A stretch of 64,000 nucleotides of DNA from Bacteroidota bacterium (GCA_029571215.1 JAKPTE010000010.1:28431-92430); one strand, 5' to 3'; positions 1-9,319 are shown, numbered from the stretch's first letter. A program made the numbers and translations. The notes: generated by a model not told the origin, from the sequence alone.

Positions 1-209
1 GCTATTCCAGAACTATTGTGGAACCGCTGCACGTAAAAATGTCCTGCAAGTCGATCGTGAGCGGTGTAATCGAAATTAAAATCGGTGATAAGGAGCCTGT
101 TATTATTGATTACGGCAATGGCGAATGCGACAACATAATCACCATCACCAAAGGAAATGAATCGCAGGTAAGGGAAATGAAGATGCACCGATTCCGCTGG
201 CGCAGGTAA
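1..209 (+). CDS. C-terminal fragment of a hypothetical protein whose gene enters from the left edge
   Basis: The frame is open from base 3 to the TAA at 207-209; the track starts it at an internal GTG at 18. A hairpin with a T-run follows. No family recognised. Confidence 0.4.
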   Translation, partial: YSRTIVEPLHVKMSCKSIVSGVIEIKIGDKEPVIIDYGNGECDNIITITKGNESQVREMKMHRFRWRR

Positions 210-230
210 ATACTCTTAGAAGAATTCAAG

Positions 231-266
231 AAGGCATGTCGGACTAATTGCGGCATGCCTTTTTTA
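231..266 (+). terminator. Rho-independent terminator between the left-edge gene and the 3' end of trpA
   Basis: AAGGCATG (231-238) pairs with CATGCCTT (254-261), extendable by C-G and U-G pairs, and is followed by TTTTT. The T-run overlaps the trpA stop codon. Confidence 0.5.
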
Positions 267-1040
267 CTTCAGTCGGATGGACCTAACAAAATTGCTGATC
301 TGCCCTGAAAGATCTTCATCATGGCTGATGGCTTCAATAAAGGCAGTGCCTACAATGGCTCCCGCGGCATACCGGCAGGCTTCCTCAAAAGTTTCGCGGC
401 TGCGTATACCAAATCCAATCAGCAGCGGGTGCGCCAGGTTCATTGAGCGGATATGTTCAAAGTAATTTCGATGTGCATCGAATCCGCTTTTTCGCGTTCC
501 GGTTGTGGCCGAGGTGGAAAGCATATAAATGAAGCTGTCACTCAGCCCGTCAATTTTTCTTATCCTGTCATCAGGTGTCTGAGGTGTGATCAGAAAAATA
601 TTGGACAGGGAAAACTTTTCAAACAAAGATTTATATTGTTCTTCATATTCTTCGGGCGGAAGGTCCGGAAGGATGATTCCGTCGATACCCAGCCGATGTG
701 CGTCTTCGAGGAATTTTTCGATTCCGTAAGAAAGGACTGGATTAAGGTAACCCATTAGTATGAGGGGCATGGAAACGTGCTGCCTTATACCGGATAGTTG
801 CCGGAAGAGCACTTTAAGCGACATGCCATTCTGCAGGGCAACCTGGCTGCTGTGCTGAATAACAGGACCGTCGGCAAGAGGATCTGAAAAGGGCATGCCA
901 ATCTCAGCCAGGTCGACGCCATTCTGTTCCAGTTCCTTCAGGATGAAGGAAGTATCGTTTAGTTTGGGGTATCCGGCCGTAAAAAAAACGGAGAGGATAT
1001 TGATCTGTTTTTTCTGAAAAAGGGTATGAAGTCGGTTCAT
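264..1040 (-). CDS. trpA: Tryptophan synthase alpha chain
   Basis: 258-aa ORF with the TrpA-typical [17 protein letters not shown] segment. It overlaps trpB by 4 nt and is the last gene of the trp operon. Confidence 0.95.
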   Translation of the reverse strand: MNRLHTLFQKKQINILSVFFTAGYPKLNDTSFILKELEQNGVDLAEIGMPFSDPLADGPVIQHSSQVALQNGMSLKVLFRQLSGIRQHVSMPLILMGYLNPVLSYGIEKFLEDAHRLGIDGIILPDLPPEEYEEQYKSLFEKFSLSNIFLITPQTPDDRIRKIDGLSDSFIYMLSTSATTGTRKSGFDAHRNYFEHIRSMNLAHPLLIGFGIRSRETFEEACRYAAGAIVGTAFIEAISHDEDLSGQISNFVRSIRLK

Positions 1041-2236
1041 TGATTTGGTTTTTCTGTTTCTGTAATATAATCGGTATAGGCGGCAAGGTCTTTATCACCT
1101 CGTCCGCTCAAGTTGATTACAACGGTATGGGAAGATTTGAAAGGGATCATGGAAAGAGCTGCCAGTGCGTGTGCTGATTCAAGGGCAGGAATGATCCCTT
1201 CGAGCCGTGTAAGCTCGAGAGCAGATTTCAGCGCTTCCGTATCAGTGGCTGACAGGAATTGCACCCTGCCGGTTTCGTAAAGCCAGGAATGCATTGGCCC
1301 GATTCCGGGGTAATCCAGCCCGGCTGAAATGGAGTATGGTTCAGTAATTTGTCCGTCTTCATTTTGCATCAGGTAGGTTTTGCTTCCGTGGATAATGCCG
1401 GGTCTTCCTTTTTTGATGGTGGCAGCTGTTTCATTTGTATCGAGCCCTTTTCCGGCAGCTTCTATTGCTATCAGATGTACCGCCTGATGACCAAGATAAT
1501 GATAAAAAATCCCTGCAGCATTACTTCCGCCCCCCACGCAGGCCAAAATATAATCCGGATCGGTATTTCCTGTTTTTTTCCTCAGTTGTTCCCTGAGTTC
1601 AAGGCTGATGACAGATTGAAGCCGGGCAACAAGATCGGGATACGGATGCGGCCCAACCACGGATCCGATAATATAGTAAGTGTCTTCCGGATGGTTGATC
1701 CAGTCGCGTATGGCTTCATTGGTAGCATCTTTCAGGGTTTTATTGCCTGAAGTCACTGGCACCACTTTTGCTCCGAGCATTTTCATCCGGGCCACATTGG
1801 GTGCCTGGCGGGCAATATCGGTCTCACCCATATACACCACACATTCCATCCCCTCCCTTGCGCAAACTGTGGCTGCAGCTACACCGTGCTGTCCTGCCCC
1901 CGTTTCAGCAATGATCCGGGTTTTGCCGAGGCGTTTGGCCAGAAGGATCTGACCAAGAGCATTGTTTAGTTTATGCGAACCAGTATGTGCCAGATCTTCT
2001 CTTTTCAAATAGATCCGGGTGCCGTATCTTTCTGATAAACGGGATGCATAATACAAGGGAGTAGGCCTGCCTACGAAATCGCGGAGCAATTGCTGCAATT
2101 CCCTTTGAAATTCTTCACTTTCAAGAATTTTTCTGTACGACTGCCGTAACTGTGTAATGTTGGGAACCAGCATTTCAGGAATGTAGGCCCCACCGTAAGG
2201 TCCGTAAAATCCCTTTTCACTTACTTCGTAGTTCAT
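1037..2236 (-). CDS. trpB: Tryptophan synthase beta chain
   Basis: 399-aa ORF with the PLP-lysine motif HTGSHKLNN and the GAGQHGVA and GGGSNA motifs. It has 4-nt overlaps with trpA and trpF. Confidence 0.97.
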   Translation of the reverse strand: MNYEVSEKGFYGPYGGAYIPEMLVPNITQLRQSYRKILESEEFQRELQQLLRDFVGRPTPLYYASRLSERYGTRIYLKREDLAHTGSHKLNNALGQILLAKRLGKTRIIAETGAGQHGVAAATVCAREGMECVVYMGETDIARQAPNVARMKMLGAKVVPVTSGNKTLKDATNEAIRDWINHPEDTYYIIGSVVGPHPYPDLVARLQSVISLELREQLRKKTGNTDPDYILACVGGGSNAAGIFYHYLGHQAVHLIAIEAAGKGLDTNETAATIKKGRPGIIHGSKTYLMQNEDGQITEPYSISAGLDYPGIGPMHSWLYETGRVQFLSATDTEALKSALELTRLEGIIPALESAHALAALSMIPFKSSHTVVINLSGRGDKDLAAYTDYITETEKPNQ

Positions 2237-2868
2237 ATCCTTTGCCTGATTATGTGAATGAATTTTTTAAGTTGTGCAATGTCTTTGATTCCCGGCGAAG
2301 TCTCAAAACGGCTGTTTACATCAACTCCGGCCAGAAAGGGATGAGAAAATCCGGTGAGTTTCCCTGCATCTTCCGGGCCGATTCCGCCGCTGAGAAAGAA
2401 AGGCACGGGCCCTTCATAGTAATCGAGTACGCTCCAGTTGAACTGTTTCCCTGAGCCTCCGTATGTGGAAGTAGGTGTATCAAAAAGGAAAAAGCGACAA
2501 AAAGGAGCATATTGTTTGAGAAGCTCAAAACGGAAAGAGCTATTTATCTGAAAAGCTTTAATGACCTGTAGTCCGTTATGAGTGAGGATCCGGCAATCAT
2601 TCGGTGATTCCTCACCATGAAGCTGAACAAAATCCAGTTCGAGTTTTTTACTTTGAATGAGAACAGCTTCTGGTTCGGTGTTCACAAAAACTCCCGTTTT
2701 GCCGATCCCGGAAGGAATTTCCCGGAACAATGCAAAATCAGGGTTCTTTCCGATATACCTTGGTGACTTCGAATAGAAGATAAACCCCAGCAGGTCGGGT
2801 TGCAGGGCTACTACCTCCCTGATATTGTCCGGATCTTTCGTTCCGCAAATCTTGATCAGTGAATTCAT
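2233..2868 (-). CDS. trpF: Phosphoribosylanthranilate isomerase
   Basis: 211-aa ORF with PRAI-like sequence (KICG..., FVQLHG, GGSG). It sits between trpC and trpB with 4-nt overlaps. Confidence 0.9.
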   Translation of the reverse strand: MNSLIKICGTKDPDNIREVVALQPDLLGFIFYSKSPRYIGKNPDFALFREIPSGIGKTGVFVNTEPEAVLIQSKKLELDFVQLHGEESPNDCRILTHNGLQVIKAFQINSSFRFELLKQYAPFCRFFLFDTPTSTYGGSGKQFNWSVLDYYEGPVPFFLSGGIGPEDAGKLTGFSHPFLAGVDVNSRFETSPGIKDIAQLKKFIHIIRQRI

Positions 2869-3665
2869 GGCCTCATTTTGTTCAGAATGTCCTGCCGGAG
2901 CTGTCGGAGTGCTAAAGGAGGATCAGGGTGCCGCATGAAATGCTCCCCAATGAGAAAGCCTTTAAATCCGAATTTATGAAGGGTGAGGATGGTATCGGCC
3001 GATGAAATCCCACTTTCAGCAATTTTGATAAAATCTGCGGGTATTTTGTCGGCCAGTTTCAGGGAAACATCAATAGAGGTGCTGAACGTATTGAGATTCC
3101 TGTTGTTGACACCAACTATGGTAATGCTTTGGTGCAGAGCATCGAGTTCCTGTTCGTTGTGAATTTCAAGAAGGATTTCCAGGTCGAGATCATGGGCCCT
3201 TTCTGCCAGCATGCGAAGTTGTTTGCGGTCGAGAGCTGCGGCTACCAGCAGGATGACATCAGCACCGGCTGCTTTTGCCTCCCAGAGTTGATACTGGTCA
3301 ATGATGAAATCCTTGCACAGAACGGGAAGATCTGTGATTTGCCGGGCCAGGTGAAGGTCATTCCATGAGCCACCGAAAAACTTTTCGTCAGTAAGCACTG
3401 AAATGGCGTTTGCCCCGTAAGCCGAATATCCTGTTACCACCGATTGTACAGAGGCTGTTTCATTCAGAACGCCCTTAGACGGACTTCTTCGCTTGAATTC
3501 AGCGATAATGGCAGGGGAACTTCCTGACTGCAGGGCATCTTTCAACGATGGTCCGCTATAAGTGCTTTCAGCTTTCTTCATCAGCGAAGAAAATGGCACG
3601 CGTTGTTTTCGTTCTTCCACTTCTTTTTTCTTGTGGGCAATTATTTCTTCAAGAATACTGGTCAT
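2865..3665 (-). CDS. trpC: Indole-3-glycerol phosphate synthase
   Basis: 266-aa ORF with IGPS-typical IIAEFKRRSPSKG, LCKDFI and VGVNNRNL segments, in operon context. Confidence 0.93.
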   Translation of the reverse strand: MTSILEEIIAHKKKEVEERKQRVPFSSLMKKAESTYSGPSLKDALQSGSSPAIIAEFKRRSPSKGVLNETASVQSVVTGYSAYGANAISVLTDEKFFGGSWNDLHLARQITDLPVLCKDFIIDQYQLWEAKAAGADVILLVAAALDRKQLRMLAERAHDLDLEILLEIHNEQELDALHQSITIVGVNNRNLNTFSTSIDVSLKLADKIPADFIKIAESGISSADTILTLHKFGFKGFLIGEHFMRHPDPPLALRQLRQDILNKMRP

Positions 3666-4657
3666 GGCTGTATTTCAATTAATTTTATGAGGGCATTGTA
3701 TGCGTTGCCGCTTTCAAGCGACTCGGTGGCCATCTGTATGCAATCCTGCCTGGATTTTTCCGGGTTCAGGCATGCAAGAGCAAGGGCAGCATTGGCAATG
3801 ACAACATCTTTCCTGGCTGGCGTGTCCTTATTCTGCAGTATATCGAGGAATATTTTCACGCTTTCATCAATCGTCTTTCCGCCTCGGATATCCTCAGGTG
3901 CAACCTTTCTGAATCCAAGGCTTTCAGGGGTTTCTATCCGATCCCCTGTGGCATCGGTTATTTTAACCGCTCCGGTTAAAGATATTTCATCATATCCGTC
4001 AAGACTATGCAAAATAGCGAAATTTTCCGAGGATTCCTGGTATATGTAGCTATACAATCGCATGAGTTCCAGGCTGTAGACTCCCACCATCTGGTATTTG
4101 GGCCGGGAGGGGTTTACCATGGGCCCCAGCATGTTAAAGAACGTCTTCATGCCCAGTTCTTTTCTTACTGGTGCAATGTTTTTCATTGCCGGATTGAACA
4201 GAGGTGCATGCAGGAAGCAGATGTTGCATTTTTCGATTTCTCTCCGGAGTTTGGACAGATCGTTGGAGAATTTATACCCGAGAGATTCGAGTACATTGGA
4301 AGATCCGCATACAGAAGAAACCCCGTAGTTTCCGTGCTTGGCTACCATTCCTCCGGCTCCGGCCACGACAAAACTGGCGAGGGTTGAAATGTTGAAGGTG
4401 TCCTTTTCGTCGCCGCCGGTGCCGCATAAATCAATGGTTTTCAGGTCGGAAAAATCGACGGGTATGCACAGTTCGAGCAGGGCATCCCTGAAACCGCTCA
4501 GTTCGTCAACCGTAACGCTTCGCATCAGATAAACCGAGATGAAGGCTGCCATCTGGGAATGATTATAGGCTCCTCCGGCAATATTGGTTAAAACAGAGCG
4601 GGCCTCACTTCGCGTGAGTTTTTTGTGGTCAAACAGTTCCCGCAGAATTTCTTTCAT
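3662..4657 (-). CDS. trpD: Anthranilate phosphoribosyltransferase
   Basis: 331-aa ORF with the CGTGGDEKDTFNIST motif and the KHGN segment, in operon context. Confidence 0.93.
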   Translation of the reverse strand: MKEILRELFDHKKLTRSEARSVLTNIAGGAYNHSQMAAFISVYLMRSVTVDELSGFRDALLELCIPVDFSDLKTIDLCGTGGDEKDTFNISTLASFVVAGAGGMVAKHGNYGVSSVCGSSNVLESLGYKFSNDLSKLRREIEKCNICFLHAPLFNPAMKNIAPVRKELGMKTFFNMLGPMVNPSRPKYQMVGVYSLELMRLYSYIYQESSENFAILHSLDGYDEISLTGAVKITDATGDRIETPESLGFRKVAPEDIRGGKTIDESVKIFLDILQNKDTPARKDVVIANAALALACLNPEKSRQDCIQMATESLESGNAYNALIKLIEIQP

Positions 4658-4683
4658 ATTCGTATTGCTTATGGATTAGTAAT

Positions 4684-5277
4684 TCAGGCATTCAGCCAGT
4701 TTTGTATCATTTTTTCGCCCAGGGGGGTAAGCACTGATTCGGGATGAAACTGAACACCCCGCACATCATATTCCCGATGGGAAAGAGCCATGATTTCGTT
4801 CTGGTCGTCTATGGCTGTAATTTCGAGGCACTCTGGTAGTTTTTCCCGGTTAACAATCCATGAATGGTAACGCCCTGCCTGGAATAGCGCAGGGATATCC
4901 TTAAAGAGCGGATCATCTTTTCTTACAACATGGATACTGGTGGCTACTCCATGGAATACTTTTGAAAGATTCCTGAGATTGCCGCCGAACACTTCAGCAA
5001 TGGCCTGTAAACCGAGGCAAACGCCCAGAATGCTTTTCGATGGAGCATATTGCTCAATGAGAAGCTTCATAATACCTGCCTCATCAGGAATACCCGGACC
5101 GGGTGAAAGGATGATTTTATCGTAGGTATCAACTTTTTCCAAAGGTATTGCATCGTTTCGATAGACGTCAACTTTCTGTCCGGTAATTTTTTGAACAGCG
5201 TGTACCAGGTTGTAGGTAAAGGAGTCGTAATTATCAAGAATCATAATGCGTTTCATATCCATGGCTTTTTTGTTCAC
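4684..5277 (-). CDS. trpG: Anthranilate synthase component II (glutamine amidotransferase)
   Basis: Shows DNYDSFTYNL, the catalytic Cys in GVCLGLQ, and the HPES end motif. The GTG at 5277 overlaps the trpE stop (GTGA). In-frame ATGs at 5262 and 5256 are alternative starts. Confidence 0.9.
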   Translation of the reverse strand: MNKKAMDMKRIMILDNYDSFTYNLVHAVQKITGQKVDVYRNDAIPLEKVDTYDKIILSPGPGIPDEAGIMKLLIEQYAPSKSILGVCLGLQAIAEVFGGNLRNLSKVFHGVATSIHVVRKDDPLFKDIPALFQAGRYHSWIVNREKLPECLEITAIDDQNEIMALSHREYDVRGVQFHPESVLTPLGEKMIQNWLNA

Positions 5278-6677
5278 AATCCAATTTCGCCTGCCATAAG
5301 TACGGCACTTTTCAGTGCTGCCAGTTTATTAGTGACTTCCTGAAGTTCATTCTGTTCCACCGAAGCAGCAACTATTCCGGCTCCTGCCTGATAAAACAGC
5401 CGGTTGGTTTTGCTCAGGAATGACCGGATCATAATGGCATGGGTCACATCACCGTTAAATCCGAAATAGCCAATACAACCTCCGTAAAATCCCCTGTTTT
5501 TCTGCTCATATTTGCGGATCAATTCCATGGCTTTGTATTTGGGTGCTCCTGAGAGCGTGCCGGCGGGAAACGAATCGGTGAGTACTTTAACGCGGTTGGT
5601 TTCAGGAAGAATTTTACCCGACACTTTTGAAACCATGTGAATTACATGCGAGTAAAACTGTATTTCGCGGTATGTTTCAACGGTAACGTCAGTGGCATTG
5701 CGGCTCAGATCGTTGCGGGCAAGGTCCACCAGCATAATGTGTTCGGCATTTTCTTTCGGATCATTACTGAGACGTCGGGCCAGGTCCTTATCGGCCTCGT
5801 CATCGCCGGTGCGCCTGAATGTTCCTGCAATGGGATGAATGTAGGCTGTATTATTTCTGATTTCAAGCTGTGCTTCGGGCGATGATCCAAAAATATGGTA
5901 ACTACCGAAATCAAAATAGTACAGGTATGGAGAAGGATTAATGGAACGAAGCGCGCGATAGACATTGAAATCATCGCCCGAGAAGGACTGGGAATACTGG
6001 CGCGACAGGACAATCTGGAAAACATCGCCCCGGAAACAATGCTCCTTTCCACGTGTCACCATTTCCATATACTGACTGTCGGTGAGGTTGGATGTTTCCT
6101 TTTTATCGGGCTGGAAGGGGTACGTGGCAAAGTTTCTGTTAAAGGGCAATGATTCCAGCACAGGAAGCTGGCTATCCTCACCATCGAACAGGTTTTCAAT
6201 CAAGTACAGGGCGTTCTGGAAGTGATTAATGGCAATAATGTATTTATAGAAACTGTAGGAAACCTCGGGAATTGCATCGGGGGAGTCACCGGTATCAGGA
6301 AAAGCAATGTGCTCCGCATACCTGACGGCATCATAGGCCAGGTAGCCAAACAAGCCATTTGCGGGCGTTTCATGGGTGTTTGGCTGAAATGAAAGCCGGT
6401 AGCTTTCCAGTATTTCCGGGAGCTGCCCGCTTGCAATTGCCATAGATTCTGACGAACCGTCGGGATAACCAATCTGAACTTTTCCGTCTTTTACCTCAAA
6501 GGTTGACAGAGGCTTAAGGCAGATGAACGAATAACTTCCTTTGCTGCCGTGGAAGTCGGAACTTTCGAGCAAAACCGCTCCGGGATAAATATCCCGGAAT
6601 TTGAGATACAACCCGACCGGGGTGATGGTGTCGGCCAGGATCTTTTTTTGTACCACATTGAAATAAAACCGCTTCAC
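5274..6677 (-). CDS. trpE: Anthranilate synthase component I
   Basis: 467-aa chorismate-binding enzyme with GTLSGAPK and GGCIGYF segments. It is the first structural gene of the operon. Confidence 0.93.
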   Translation of the reverse strand: MKRFYFNVVQKKILADTITPVGLYLKFRDIYPGAVLLESSDFHGSKGSYSFICLKPLSTFEVKDGKVQIGYPDGSSESMAIASGQLPEILESYRLSFQPNTHETPANGLFGYLAYDAVRYAEHIAFPDTGDSPDAIPEVSYSFYKYIIAINHFQNALYLIENLFDGEDSQLPVLESLPFNRNFATYPFQPDKKETSNLTDSQYMEMVTRGKEHCFRGDVFQIVLSRQYSQSFSGDDFNVYRALRSINPSPYLYYFDFGSYHIFGSSPEAQLEIRNNTAYIHPIAGTFRRTGDDEADKDLARRLSNDPKENAEHIMLVDLARNDLSRNATDVTVETYREIQFYSHVIHMVSKVSGKILPETNRVKVLTDSFPAGTLSGAPKYKAMELIRKYEQKNRGFYGGCIGYFGFNGDVTHAIMIRSFLSKTNRLFYQAGAGIVAASVEQNELQEVTNKLAALKSAVLMAGEIGL

Positions 6678-6704
6678 GAGTATGAATTTTACAGGTTAAT
6701 ACAA

Positions 6705-6735
6705 CAAAAAAGGCCCGCCGTGATTCGGCAGGCCT
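6705..6735 (-). terminator. Attenuator terminator in the trp leader
   Basis: On the minus strand, AGGCCTGCCG-AAUCA-CGGCGGGCCT forms a 10-bp stem with one G-U pair. It is followed by TTTTTGTTGT and ends 28 nt before the trpE ATG. Confidence 0.7.
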
Positions 6736-6769
6736 ACTATCGTTTATGAACAGGTATGGCTTACCAGCC

Positions 6770-6823
6770 TCACGGAAACCGGGAGTCACTGAACCACCAC
6801 CACCATGTTCTCTTTGTACGCAT
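6770..6823 (-). CDS. trp operon leader peptide (17 aa, MRTKRTWWWWFSDSRFP)
   Basis: The minus strand reads ATG CGT ACA AAG AGA ACA TGG TGG TGG TGG TTC AGT GAC TCC CGG TTT CCG TGA. There are four consecutive Trp codons, and the ORF ends 34 nt upstream of the attenuator hairpin. Confidence 0.75.
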   Translation of the reverse strand: MRTKRTWWWWFSDSRFP

Positions 6824-6956
6824 ACTATTGCATTGTTCTATGCAAAGAAAAGGAATTTTTTCTTAAATAAAAAAAGCCGTTTAATATTTTTTAATTTCAC
6901 ATGTTTTTTAGGCAGGGTCTGTTGCCAGTGAAGACAAAACAAAAGCCGGTAAATCC

Positions 6957-7793
6957 ATGCACAATTTTTTAAAGAAGCCATATCCTTTTAACGAAGACCT
7001 GAAGCACAATGCCAAGGTGATCTTCTTTATCAGCGTGGGTGTTCTGGCTTTCATCCTCGTCTTTCAGCCCATTGAAATCTATTCCCAGCCCAGACGGCTG
7101 GTGTTTTTAATTGCCGGTTTTTTTCTGTCCACTTTTGTTACCCTGGCCATTAATCTTCTGGTATTACCGAGCCTGTTTCCGAAACTTTTCCGGAGCGAAA
7201 ACTGGAATGTGGGAAAGGAAATTCTGTGGGACGTATGGTTACTTCTCAATGTTTCATTTGCTGATTTTCTGATTTATACCAGATTGTTTGAAATAATGAA
7301 TCTTCATTTTTCAGACATTGGGAAGATACTTCTGATAGCCTGTCTGCCGGTTGCAGTGCTGATCGTCATCAATCAGGAACGTCTTCTCCGCAACCATTTG
7401 AAAACGGCACTTCAAATGAACGAACGATTGATGAAAGCTAAGCATCTGAAGGATACACTGATCCATCTGGAATCGGAATATAAGAGCGACAGTATTACCG
7501 TCACAGCAGATGCCCTTTTGGTTATCAGGTCGGCCGACAACTATATTGAAGTGTACTATCGGAGTAATGGTAATGTGAAAAAGCAAATGGTGAGGAGTTC
7601 CTTAAAAAAGGCAGAAGAGACACTGCGCAATTTTGATTTTATGTTCAAATGCCACCGGTCTTATATTGTCAATATCAATCATATCAAGGAAGTTCGGGGT
7701 GATTCACAGGGATATTCTCTGTTTTTTGACCAGATTGATTTTCCTGTACCGGTATCCCAGAATTATATCGAGGAATTTAAAAAACTGTTGTAG
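6957..7793 (+). CDS. Membrane-anchored LytTR-domain DNA-binding protein with no receiver domain
   Basis: The N-terminal half has about four hydrophobic helices. The C-terminal ~100 aa show LytTR hallmarks (ADNYIEVYY ... HRSYIVNINHI). Confidence 0.8.
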   Translation: MHNFLKKPYPFNEDLKHNAKVIFFISVGVLAFILVFQPIEIYSQPRRLVFLIAGFFLSTFVTLAINLLVLPSLFPKLFRSENWNVGKEILWDVWLLLNVSFADFLIYTRLFEIMNLHFSDIGKILLIACLPVAVLIVINQERLLRNHLKTALQMNERLMKAKHLKDTLIHLESEYKSDSITVTADALLVIRSADNYIEVYYRSNGNVKKQMVRSSLKKAEETLRNFDFMFKCHRSYIVNINHIKEVRGDSQGYSLFFDQIDFPVPVSQNYIEEFKKLL

Positions 7794-7900
7794 CTTTTTG
7801 TTGATTCCTTTAGCCCTGTACTGATGATAGTATTCACATAATAAGCTTATTGTTAAATATTTACATGTTTTTCTGTTCTTCATAGTTGTAAAATTCGGGT

Positions 7901-7934
7901 CTTTTTCGTCCCTGCTATCACCTTTTTCGTCCCT
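7901..7934 (+). repeat. Perfect 13-bp direct repeat CTTTTTCGTCCCT x2 with 21-bp spacing; candidate regulator-binding site
   Basis: Copies at 7901-7913 and 7922-7934 are separated by 8 nt. A degenerate third unit (CTTTCATTCTTCCCT) lies at about 7940-7954. The repeat sits 50-90 nt upstream of a -7 box. Confidence 0.6.
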
Positions 7935-7982
7935 AAAAACTTTCATTCTTCCCTGTTTTAATAACGCAGAGTAGGCAAAGGC

Positions 7983-7990
7983 TACTTTTG
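7983..7990 (+). promoter_or_regulatory. Bacteroidota-type -7 promoter box (TACTTTTG) for the downstream oxidoreductase gene
   Basis: Matches the TAnnTTTG consensus and lies 18 nt upstream of the ATG at 8008. No clean -33 TTTG seen. Confidence 0.35.
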
Positions 7991-8007
7991 GCGTTGCAAT
8001 TTTAATT

Positions 8008-9129
8008 ATGGAGAAATGTATTATGAAAACAATGAGTATTGGGAATCTTCATGTTCCGCTGCCGGTAATTCAGGGTGGCATGGGTGTTGGTGTATCCCTG
8101 TCAGGGCTGGCGTCGGCTGTGGCAGAGGAAGGAGGTATAGGAGTCATATCAGCAGTAGGCATAGGGATGACTGAACCAGATTACCGCAAAAATTTCAAAG
8201 AAGCAAATAAAACCGCCCTGAAGAAAGAAATCAGGAAAGCCAGGGCAAAAACGAAAGGAGTACTGGGCGTTAATATTATGTATGCGGTCACTGATTATGA
8301 TGATTTGCTGAAGGTTGCACTTGAAGAGGGAATAGATGTTGTGATTACCGGAGCCGGATTGTTACTGAAACTCCCTGCCAATATTGATAGTTCAGTGCTT
8401 GAAAGTCGTGCAACAAAATTTATTCCAAAGGTATCATCAGGGAGGGCGGCCAGAATTATTTTTCATTCCTGGTCAGAAAGATACAACCGGGTTCCGGATG
8501 CTGTTGTTGTGGAAGGTCCTATGGCCGGAGGTCACCTGGGCTTTACCCGGCAGGAACTTGATAAGCCTCAGAAAGACCTGGCTTCGCTGGTGAAGGAAAC
8601 CCTGCAGGAACTGCTGCCCTATGAACAGAAGTATGGATTGGAAATCCCTGTTATTGCAGGTGGCGGAATTTATGACGGAGGAGATATGTACGAAATCATG
8701 GAGGCTGGAGCAAGCGCCGTAAAAATCGGTACCCGCTTTGTCACCACGGTGGAATGCGATGTGGCTGATGCCTTCAAACAGAATTACATCAACAGCACTC
8801 CGGACGATATTGTTATAATAAACAGTCCGGTAGGTTTACCCGGCCGGGTGATTGTCAATGATTTTGTGCAGGCTATCCAGGCCGGTGAAAGAAAACCGGT
8901 AAAATGTTCATGGAAATGCCTGAAAACCTGTGATTACAGGAAGGTGCCCTATTGCATTGCCGAAGCCCTTTTCAGTGCAGCCCGGGGCAATTTTGACGAG
9001 GGATTTTCCTTTGCCGGTTCCAAAGCCTGGATGGCAACCGAGATACTGACGGTGCATGAAACCATCAATCGTCTCAGGTCAGAGTATTCGCTTGCCGAAC
9101 TAAGCAGAGATGCTGTCCTTGCTGTCTGA
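8008..9129 (+). CDS. Nitronate monooxygenase / NAD(P)H-dependent flavin oxidoreductase family protein (FabK-like TIM barrel)
   Basis: Carries the N-terminal PVIQGGMGVGVS motif and the GGGI glycine-rich FMN segment. It also has a C-terminal C-x3-C-x3-C-x7-C cluster. Confidence 0.8.
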   Translation: MEKCIMKTMSIGNLHVPLPVIQGGMGVGVSLSGLASAVAEEGGIGVISAVGIGMTEPDYRKNFKEANKTALKKEIRKARAKTKGVLGVNIMYAVTDYDDLLKVALEEGIDVVITGAGLLLKLPANIDSSVLESRATKFIPKVSSGRAARIIFHSWSERYNRVPDAVVVEGPMAGGHLGFTRQELDKPQKDLASLVKETLQELLPYEQKYGLEIPVIAGGGIYDGGDMYEIMEAGASAVKIGTRFVTTVECDVADAFKQNYINSTPDDIVIINSPVGLPGRVIVNDFVQAIQAGERKPVKCSWKCLKTCDYRKVPYCIAEALFSAARGNFDEGFSFAGSKAWMATEILTVHETINRLRSEYSLAELSRDAVLAV

Positions 9130-9319
9130 AAACATCGGTCTGAAAGTCTTCTTTTTTTGTTTCTGCTCGTTAAAAGCTCATAACCTGATGGTATAAGGCA
9201 CTGAACCGCAAAATTATCACTACCTGGGCTTCAAATAGCCTGAAAAATAGAGGAAATTTTCATGTTTCAGTGAAAAGTGTTTTCACTGATTCTGAATTTC
9301 CTTTATTTTTGAGCTCCCA

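Noticed and set aside
6514-6789. 91-aa minus-strand ORF covering the trpE start and the leader region
   Set aside because: It is in a different frame from both trpE and the WWWW leader peptide and runs straight through the attenuator hairpin. It is an artefact of the GC-rich leader.
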